A stretch of 64,000 nucleotides of DNA from Cyanophyceae cyanobacterium (GTDB lineage Bacteria; Cyanobacteriota; Cyanobacteriia; Cyanobacteriales; Laspinemataceae), in assembly GCA_038321985.1 (NCBI GenBank), contig JBBQFN010000020.1, forward strand, positions 1 to 64,000. Direction: 5' to 3'. Each line of letters starts with the position of its first letter. The stretch's first letter is position 1. Under the pieces are notes generated by a model. It did no database searches. It was not told where the DNA came from and saw nothing but the letters and a program-made list of their open reading frames with translations. A program made the translations under genes and the position numbers. Positions 52,950 through 60,589 of this stretch are shown here, in pieces.

Positions 52950-53696
52950 ATGAGTCAGTTTTTATTCATAACCGATTTAGATCATACTTATGTCGGTGAT
53001 GATGCAGCCTTGGCTACCCTTCAGGATGCACTCACTCAGCATCGCCAAACTTATGGGACAAAAATTGTCTATTCCACCGGGCGATCGCCGGTACTGTACC
53101 AACAACTGCAACAGGAAAAGCAACTGATCCAACCCGATGCCTTAGTCACCTCCGTTGGCACCGAAATTTATACCGATGGTATCAAAAACTGCGATCAAGA
53201 ATGGGCGGATCTTCTCTCTCCGGGATGGGACCGCGATCAGGTGATAGAGACTGCCAGTCATTTTTCCGACTTGGTGTCTCAACTGGAGTCTGAACAGCGC
53301 CCCTTCAAAGTCAGTTACTTTATATCCGAGGTTGTCGCCCCTGACTTACTCCCCCGGTTAGACTTTGCCTTAGCGGAAGCTGGATTAGAGGTGCGCTTAA
53401 TTTATAGTGGGGGCAAAGACCTGGATATTTTACCCCTGAAGGGAAATAAAGGGTTAGCCATGCAGTTTCTCCGGAAGCGCTACGGGATGGAACCTACCCA
53501 AACCGTTGCCTGTGGGGATTCCGGGAATGATATCACTCTGTTTGAAGTCGGGGAAGAACGGGGGATCATCGTCGGGAATGCACAACCCGAATTGCGTCAA
53601 TGGTATGAAGAAAATCGCCAGGACAGCCTTTATTTTGCCAAGGCATCCTGTGCCGGTGGTATATTGGAAGGCTTAAAGCATTTTGGCTTCTTGTAA
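52950..53696 (+). CDS. spp: Sucrose-phosphate phosphatase (HAD IIB)
   Basis: FITDLDHT, STGRS, EQRPFKVSY, DLDILP...KG and CGDSGND. Confidence 0.9.
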   Translation: MSQFLFITDLDHTYVGDDAALATLQDALTQHRQTYGTKIVYSTGRSPVLYQQLQQEKQLIQPDALVTSVGTEIYTDGIKNCDQEWADLLSPGWDRDQVIETASHFSDLVSQLESEQRPFKVSYFISEVVAPDLLPRLDFALAEAGLEVRLIYSGGKDLDILPLKGNKGLAMQFLRKRYGMEPTQTVACGDSGNDITLFEVGEERGIIVGNAQPELRQWYEENRQDSLYFAKASCAGGILEGLKHFGFL

Positions 53697-53798
53697 AGTC
53701 AACCATTGAGGGAGGAGGGGCGATCGCCGCGAACCCCTCCACCCTCAACAAGGGCCCTGGAATCAGACTGCAACCGAATCAGAAGGATACCTAATTGC

Positions 53799-54428
53799 AT
53801 GATCGGCTATCTCAAAGGCACCGTGGCAGGGGTTCAAAAAAATCCCGGAAATCGGGTTTTCCTAACCTTAGAGGTCAATGGGGTGGGGTATGACTTGCAA
53901 ATTAGCCCTCGGACGATCCGGCAATTACCGGCAGTGGGGGAAACGGTGCAGATGTTTACTCATCTCCAGGTTCGGGAGGACCTATTCGTTTTGTATGGGT
54001 TTGCCTCCCATGCGGAACGGGAATTGTTTCGGCAATTAATCGCCGTGAGTGGGATCGGCACCCAGTTAGCGATCGCCCTGTTGGATACCCTAGACTTGAA
54101 CGAATTAGTTCAGGCGATCGTTACCAGTAATACCGCCCTCTTAGCCAAAGCCCCAGGAGTCGGGAAAAAGACTGCCGAACGCATTTCCCTAGAATTGAGA
54201 ACCAAATTAGCCGAATGGCGCAAGCAATCGGGAGTGAGTGCCACCCCAGCATTAGGTGTTAAACCGGCACTCCAAGAGGATGTAGAGATGACCTTACTGG
54301 CGATCGGATATACCAGTAGCGAAGTCATGGAATCTCTAGGGGCGATCGCCCAAAGCGGCCAATTATCCAACGAGGACCCGGTAGAAGACTGGATCCGACA
54401 GGCGATCGCCTGGTTAGCCTCCCAATAA
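53799..54428 (+). CDS. ruvA: Holliday junction branch migration protein RuvA
   Basis: MIGYLKG, EVNGVGY, HLQVRED...LYGF and HhH motifs VSGIG and APGVGKKTAERI. Confidence 0.96.
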   Translation: MIGYLKGTVAGVQKNPGNRVFLTLEVNGVGYDLQISPRTIRQLPAVGETVQMFTHLQVREDLFVLYGFASHAERELFRQLIAVSGIGTQLAIALLDTLDLNELVQAIVTSNTALLAKAPGVGKKTAERISLELRTKLAEWRKQSGVSATPALGVKPALQEDVEMTLLAIGYTSSEVMESLGAIAQSGQLSNEDPVEDWIRQAIAWLASQ

Positions 54429-54443
54429 CTCCCCCATCTCCCA

Positions 54444-54475
54444 GGACAAATGACAAATAACAAATGACAAATGAC
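54444..54475. repeat. STRR-type heptamer tandem repeat (TGACAAA)n
   Basis: GGACAAA TGACAAA TAACAAA TGACAAA TGAC. A related (ACCAAGG/ACCAATG) run lies at about 55340-55364. Confidence 0.75.
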
Positions 54476-54549
54476 CCCTATCCCCCCATCTCTCCAACTC
54501 ATGTTAAGATTGTGAATTGCCGCGTTTATAGTAGTAAAGCCAAAAATCA

Positions 54550-54819
54550 ATGACCCTGACGCAAGAGCGCAAACACGAACTGATCAACGAATATCAAATC
54601 CATGAAACCGACACCGGATCGGCAGATGTTCAAGTGGCAATGTTGACCACAAGGATTAACCAACTCAGCGCACACCTGAAAACCAACAAAAAAGACCACT
54701 CCTCCAGAAGAGGATTGTTGAAAATGATTGGTCAGCGCAAGCGCTTATTGGCCTATATTTTGAAACAAGACCAAACCCGCTATCGGGCTTTGATTACAAG
54801 CCTCGGTATTCGGGGTTAG
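54550..54819 (+). CDS. rpsO: 30S ribosomal protein S15
   Basis: [13 protein letters not shown]...[26 protein letters not shown]. Confidence 0.98.
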   Translation: MTLTQERKHELINEYQIHETDTGSADVQVAMLTTRINQLSAHLKTNKKDHSSRRGLLKMIGQRKRLLAYILKQDQTRYRALITSLGIRG

Positions 54820-54836
54820 ACCCAACACAAAAGCCC

Positions 54837-55304
54837 ATGTCACAGGAACCCCAACGAAATCGGTTACCGTTTGAACCTAAACGGAAAAAACCAGCCAAAA
54901 ACAACTCAACCCCCAAGGCATCCGAAACTCCAGCATCTGGACAACCGGAAAAAACCGCTCGTCGTCCGATATCCAGACAAGAACGGGCCATTCCTGAAGT
55001 GGTCAGCCAACGCATGGTGAGTCGGATGGCAATCTTGTGCGGGGTTCCGACTGCTTTGGGGATGTTTACATTTATCGCCAGCTATTTTGTGATTAGTGGG
55101 GACTTGTTTCCCTTGCCTAATTTCGCCGTAGTCTTAGTGAGCATGGGCTGCTTTGGACTCGGAGTCATCGGGCTAACCTACGGTGTCCTTTCGGCATCTT
55201 GGGACGAAGAGATCCCAGGCTCACTCCTGGGTTGGAGGGAGTTTACCACCAATTTTGGCCGGATGAGCGCCCAGCGGCGCGAGGCAAAGCAAAAGAGCCA
55301 GTAG
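54837..55304 (+). CDS. pam68: PSII assembly factor PAM68 (DUF3464)
   Basis: LPFEPK, IPEVVSQRM, two TM helices and YGVLSASWDEE...GSLLGW. The position after rpsO is the expected one. Confidence 0.88.
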   Translation: MSQEPQRNRLPFEPKRKKPAKNNSTPKASETPASGQPEKTARRPISRQERAIPEVVSQRMVSRMAILCGVPTALGMFTFIASYFVISGDLFPLPNFAVVLVSMGCFGLGVIGLTYGVLSASWDEEIPGSLLGWREFTTNFGRMSAQRREAKQKSQ

Positions 55305-55512
55305 TCGTTGGTCAAGGGTCGTTTGGGGTTCGAGAGAAAACCAAGGACCAATGACCAAGGACCCATTTTAGGATTCGCGGGCGATCGGCGATCGGCTTGT
55401 CTTTGCTGAGTGCTGAACATGGCCAAGAAAAAGCCATAAACCTGGAATAGCCGATCGCCGACGATAGTAGTTAAAGAATCTGTACAAAAGCAACTAAGCC
55501 CGGTAACATACC

Positions 55513-56577
55513 ATGATCATTGTAATGAAGGTCGGCACACCCGAGGCCGAGATTGACCGCCTCAACGCAGAACTCACGGAAAATTGGGGTCTGACCCCCG
55601 AGAAAATTGTGGGTCGCTATAAAGTCGTCATTGGACTCGTCGGCGATACCGCTGATTTGGATCTGCAACAACTCCAGGAAATGAGTCCGGCGATCGAACA
55701 AGTCCTGCGAGTAGAACAGCCATTTAAGCGCGTAAGTCGGGAGTTTCGCCACGGAGAAGCTTCAGATGTCGTGGTGAATACCCCCAATGGACCCGTTCCC
55801 TTTGGCGAAACCCATCCGATCGTCGTGGTAGCAGGGCCTTGTTCCGTCGAAAACGAGGACATGATCGTTGAAACCGCCCGACGAGTGAAAGCCGCTGGGG
55901 CCAAGTTTTTGCGAGGCGGCGCATTTAAACCCCGCACCTCCCCTTATGCGTTCCAAGGACATGGCGAAAGTGCGTTAGAGTTACTCGCCAAAGCGCGGGA
56001 AGTCACTGGGTTAGGAATTATTACCGAACTGATGGATGCCTCAGATTTGGAGATGTTAGGCGAAGTCGCCGATATCATCCAAATAGGGGCGCGAAATATG
56101 CATAATTTCTCCCTGCTCAAAAAAGTGGGTGCTCAGGATAAGCCCGTTTTACTCAAGCGCGGGATGTCCGCCACTATTGAAGAGTGGTTGATGGCAGCGG
56201 AGTATCTTTTAGCCGCAGGCAATTCAAGAGTGATTTTGTGCGAACGGGGAATCCGGACTTTTGACCGGCAGTACACCCGCAATACGTTGGATTTATCTGT
56301 AATTCCGGTACTGCGGAAGCTAACCCACCTGCCGATTATGATTGATCCCAGTCACGGGACCGGATGGTCGGAGCAGGTTCCCTCAATGGCAAGAGCTGCG
56401 ATCGCCGCGGGAACCGATTCCCTGATGATTGAAGTCCACCCGACCCCAAATAAAGCCCTTTCGGATGGCCCCCAATCCCTCACCCCCGATCGCTTCGATC
56501 TACTGATGGGAGAAGAGTTAGCCGTGATTGGCAAAGCAGTCGGTCGCTGGAGCGTCCCTGCCACCGTCTTAGCTTAG
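55513..56577 (+). CDS. aroF: DAHP synthase, class I-beta, with N-terminal ferredoxin-like regulatory domain
   Basis: AGPCSVE, GGAFKPRTSPY, IGARNM, LKRG, CERGIRT, DPSHG and IEVH motifs. Confidence 0.95.
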   Translation: MIIVMKVGTPEAEIDRLNAELTENWGLTPEKIVGRYKVVIGLVGDTADLDLQQLQEMSPAIEQVLRVEQPFKRVSREFRHGEASDVVVNTPNGPVPFGETHPIVVVAGPCSVENEDMIVETARRVKAAGAKFLRGGAFKPRTSPYAFQGHGESALELLAKAREVTGLGIITELMDASDLEMLGEVADIIQIGARNMHNFSLLKKVGAQDKPVLLKRGMSATIEEWLMAAEYLLAAGNSRVILCERGIRTFDRQYTRNTLDLSVIPVLRKLTHLPIMIDPSHGTGWSEQVPSMARAAIAAGTDSLMIEVHPTPNKALSDGPQSLTPDRFDLLMGEELAVIGKAVGRWSVPATVLA

Positions 56578-56608
56578 ACAGTTCCATCAAAACACTTCTT
56601 TTATGACC

Positions 56609-56635
56609 GTAAGGACACGGCAGCGCCGTGTCCTT
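56609..56635. repeat. GTAA-led REP-like palindrome
   Basis: GT-AAGGACACGGC-agc-GCCGTGTCCTT between convergent genes. Confidence 0.65.
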
Positions 56636-56689
56636 CCCTAGATTGGGATATTTTGATTTGTAGGGTTTGTAGTAGGGTTTGTTGTTCCC

Positions 56690-57805
56690 TTACTCTTTCT
56701 TCTTATGTTCGTCCAGTGCCTTCAGTTGAGCTAATTGTTCATCTACCTGACGAATTAACTGGTTGAGCGCAGGCAGTGCGTCTAACTTACCCAAAGCCAG
56801 ATCCGGAATTTTACTGGCGCGATCGCGCAGATCATCCACCTTCCGCTGAAGTTGCAGCGCCAGTCGCAAAGCATCCCGACTTAAATCCTCAACCTGCTGC
56901 TGCTTGTAAAACTTTAAAGCTGCTCCTCGTAACACTTGCAACGTCGCCCGTTCCCCATCATCTCCGGGCATCACCCGCAAGCGCAATAATAAATCTTCCT
57001 GGTTATAGCGCCGTTCGATTTCCACTTGTTTCGGTTTTTGCAGGGGAATTAACGGCAAGTGTGCCAGTAGCTTGAGCTCGTTGATCACACCCCCAAATAG
57101 AGACAGTTCTAGCCCGTTCATCACCGACTGTACAACCCCATCCTGACTCCACAGAATCCGCCCCTGGTGAGGTTGGCGCTCGAAATAAAGCCGACCGATA
57201 CCCCCTTCTAAAATTCGCCCCAATAACTCCTGTAAAAGCTCCTTGGGGGGTAAATTTGCCAGTTCCTCCAGGGGACTGTGATGATGGGAGGCCTTCACTT
57301 GTAAAACCGGCACCGCCTCCCCTCCTAACATGACCTGAGAGTGAGGCACCGGTAAGCTGGATAGGGCAGTTATCGGCGAATGTGGCAATGGGAGTAAACC
57401 GTTCCTAGAAGGGGCTGTTACAGCGGAAGAAGGGGAGGGACTCGCCAAAGGCGGCATCGACGGTGCGGCAATGTGACTCCCTGCCGGGTGAGGTGAACCC
57501 GTGGGCTTTTTCTTCCCCGTGTGCATATAGTTTAAATAAGCACTGAGCATCGAGCGGTGAACCTCAGTAGAAATTTTCTCCGCTACCAGAGAACATCTCA
57601 TATAACCTAGAATTCGGCGGACATATTCCAGGGCCGCAGAATCCTGGGGATCGACCATACCCAGATGGAGACGGCTCCCTTTAATTGACAACGGTAACAC
57701 CTCATGATACAGGCAGGCTTCAAAGGGTAACAGGTTGTCAATTAGCTGGAATATTTGCTCGGAATCCATTGGCGCTGCCCAGTTAGTGACGGTTTTGGTT
57801 TGCAT
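56690..57805 (-). CDS. PilB/GspE N-terminal-domain protein lacking the ATPase domain
   Basis: T2SSE_N-like LLPFEACLYHEVLPL...LHLGMVDPQD, then a degenerate N2-like domain (GRLYFE...QDGV...ELKLLAHL...RVMPGDDGERATLQVL). There is no Walker A motif. Confidence 0.7.
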   Translation of the reverse strand: MQTKTVTNWAAPMDSEQIFQLIDNLLPFEACLYHEVLPLSIKGSRLHLGMVDPQDSAALEYVRRILGYMRCSLVAEKISTEVHRSMLSAYLNYMHTGKKKPTGSPHPAGSHIAAPSMPPLASPSPSSAVTAPSRNGLLPLPHSPITALSSLPVPHSQVMLGGEAVPVLQVKASHHHSPLEELANLPPKELLQELLGRILEGGIGRLYFERQPHQGRILWSQDGVVQSVMNGLELSLFGGVINELKLLAHLPLIPLQKPKQVEIERRYNQEDLLLRLRVMPGDDGERATLQVLRGAALKFYKQQQVEDLSRDALRLALQLQRKVDDLRDRASKIPDLALGKLDALPALNQLIRQVDEQLAQLKALDEHKKKE

Positions 57806-58335
57806 TGGGGGAAGGACTCGGTGCTGTTTTATTCAAACGAGGAAGACCAAGAAGAGTGACACCAATAGCCCAATGTTGTGCAGGGTGGGTACGCACCTGA
57901 CTTTGTAAGAAAGGAAATGCTGGTAGGTTATTAATTTTTTCAGGCTGGATTACCTGACAAGTCAAGTCCGATGCCAGAAGGGACTCAGCATTTCTCCACA
58001 AGTTAGCCAAGAATCACCCCCATTGTCAAACTTTGGATACAATTGGCGACTTTTCAACGGATTTAGATGCACCCAGTGATGTTTTAAATTCCAGTTATTC
58101 CGCCCTCGGGATTAATCTTGAAAGAAAGTCACCGAGTCAGGGGAATTTGGACTAAAGATTCGCGCAAAGTCAGCAAATTGGGAATGAGGCTGTCCCGCTC
58201 TCATTTTTTTCAATTAAAATTCAATGCACCAGAAACCAAGGGACAGCGTTTAGGGTAGGGGCGAGTTGATTTAATATTCTTCTTTTAAAGTACCATAAAG
58301 TACCACTTTTTCCTGAAAAAGTTAACTATTTTTAA

Positions 58336-59478
58336 TCAATCCTCGGCTTCCGAACGGTTATTCCGGAGGGATTGAGCTGCTAAATAAAGCTGGGTCCATT
58401 CTCCTAGCACTTGGGAAGGTTTGAACCCTTGGTTCTGGGCGATCGCCTCTAAAGATTGGCCGGATTTGAGTTCGTCGAGAAGCGCTTGCTGTTCTGGTGT
58501 CAGGGTCTCGTAGAATTGTTCCCACTGGGTTGAGGTTAAACCCAATCCGTGGTCTTGTAAGCTAATTTGCAGCCAGTTGGCGACTAACTCGGGTTCGATT
58601 TTCAAGGAAAAGACCCGAATGGCATGGTAGCTGACTTTTTCCCGTAATCGATACACCTGCTTAACGGGTAAATTTAAACCCTTGGCGATCGCATCTTGGG
58701 AGCAACCCTGAAGGTACAATCGCAACCAATCCGCTGCCGTTGGATCCACATTTTGCGCTAAATATTCCGCAAATTCCTGTTGGACGGTTTGCCTTAAGAG
58801 TTGTTGTTCTTCCCAGGCGATCGCATCTTGCGCGTTGGCGATCGCTTGAGCATCCAGCAAACTAATCGAACTATCGGACTCATCCGAACCTATTTCATCA
58901 GAAACCAGGCGAATTAATTCCGCCTCCGGCACCTGAGTCAACCCCCCACGCTGGGACCGTCGTAGATAGTTAAAAAACCGATAAGCTAGCAAGGGTTGAT
59001 TCCGAACAGGACGTAAGCAATATTCCTCAATCGTTGCCAGCAACAGCGCATTTCTGACCCGCGAGGTTTGGGTAGACTGACCAATCCAGGCAATTTGCTG
59101 CTGCATATAGCGATCGCGTTCGCACAGTTCCTGGATAACTTCCTGCACCACATCTACCACCGTCCGCTGGCGATCGCGACTTAGCGCGACCCAGGTTTTA
59201 ATCTTATTCCGCAGCAGCACCAACGAAGCCAACCGGCGGATTAAATTCGTATAAGCTCGTTCTGTCGGTACCCCCAGCACCCGCAGTAAAATCCGATAGC
59301 GATAGTCCATCGCCGAACGGATGATTTCTAGCTTTTCTGGCGTCAGGGCTTCAAACCGATTCTGATCCTCCCCCAACAGCCATTGCACGATACTCTCGTG
59401 GGTGCTGGCTGGATGGTCTGGACAATCCAGGGACAGGCGCGATCGCCATTCTAGCGCCAGTTGTTCTGCCAACGTCAT
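58336..59478 (-). CDS. HetZ-related putative DNA-binding regulator
   Basis: SIVQWLLGED, YRYRIL, DVVQEVIQE and LLATIEEY motifs, a C-terminal HTH-like SQDAIAKGLNLPVKQVYRLREK, and WL...GLT. Confidence 0.72.
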   Translation of the reverse strand: MTLAEQLALEWRSRLSLDCPDHPASTHESIVQWLLGEDQNRFEALTPEKLEIIRSAMDYRYRILLRVLGVPTERAYTNLIRRLASLVLLRNKIKTWVALSRDRQRTVVDVVQEVIQELCERDRYMQQQIAWIGQSTQTSRVRNALLLATIEEYCLRPVRNQPLLAYRFFNYLRRSQRGGLTQVPEAELIRLVSDEIGSDESDSSISLLDAQAIANAQDAIAWEEQQLLRQTVQQEFAEYLAQNVDPTAADWLRLYLQGCSQDAIAKGLNLPVKQVYRLREKVSYHAIRVFSLKIEPELVANWLQISLQDHGLGLTSTQWEQFYETLTPEQQALLDELKSGQSLEAIAQNQGFKPSQVLGEWTQLYLAAQSLRNNRSEAED

Positions 59479-60589
59479 GATTACTCCTCACCTCTAACAC
59501 GCTTCCCACTCTTACCGATTCTAAGCTCATCCAGAAGCCACGGCGAGGGTCCAAGCGCTATCCTTTCCTCCACCCACTCTGATGACATCCCGAGATCAAC
59601 TCCCCAGCCCTTAACTTTTTTGCCCCTACCTCCCCTTCTAACAAGGATCCATTCGGCTTAACTCTTTATTTTTGCACTCCTGGCGATTTTTTGGGGATTA
59701 CACTCTACCAGCTCCGCTCCTGCTTAACCTAATCTCCCCTGAAACACAGGTGTCCTTAATCACATCTATCGACTTTTCCCAAGAGCTGAGGCACTCAACG
59801 GGCTTAAGCATTCCTCGGGTGGCTGCGTCAGTCCTCTTCCCATTGCATTATCCAAATTTTGACCGGATATTCTCTGATCGGGAACAAAACGTTACCGTTT
59901 TCCATCTGGCTAGTGGAGGGTATCGTATAGAAGCTGTTGTCGGAACATAGAGTTCCCGCTTACCACCTATATTCGCACCCATCATTAACTCATCCGTATT
60001 TTTTGCCTTTTTTGTTCAAAACCCATTTGACCCTGATGCTTAATACTTCTTGTTTACCCCGGCCTATTTTAATGAAGGTAACTTTCTTGTCTCTGTGTTC
60101 TTTAAGGGTGACCTTTCCTGAAAAAATATAGGATATAGGCAAGTAAATTTTCACTTTACTAATCCATCGGGAAGCCATTCAATAAAATAGTTAAAAAATT
60201 TAGATTCACCCCTTAATAATTATTCTAAATTTACTTTTTAAACTCGCTAGAAAATGAAATCTAGTGTATTTTTTCATGTAAAAATTTTAAAATTTAAATT
60301 TTTAAAATCAGTCTAGAGAGAGAGAAGAAATGACGTTGGCAAACTCCACAATCTTTTTAAGAGTAACTTGCTCGCCATGATCAAACCAAGGAGAAAAGGG
60401 AAAAAGCTGTATTAAACAGTCTTTGAACTGGTTACTTCTTTTTAACGAGAAAGGAAACTGGGTTGAAATCTAAAAGTGTGAAATGCGCCTAGATTTCTAA
60501 GGGCGATCGCCCGGGAACCCTGAAACAGGGAAAACCCAATTTCTATCTACCCATCAAATTGTCACAACGTTGCACCAAGGAGTTTTACG

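Noticed and set aside
53706..53798. N-terminal extensions in the ORF track for ruvA (likewise sodB, ppk1, NUDIX, DUF2854 and DUF3769)
   Set aside because: They come from upstream TTG/GTG codons, whereas the family-typical sequence begins at downstream ATGs.
60335..60430. GGCAAAC upstream of the RTX gene as a c-di-GMP-I riboswitch
   Set aside because: No GNRA-capped P2 stem or GACGCAAA/receptor elements follow.
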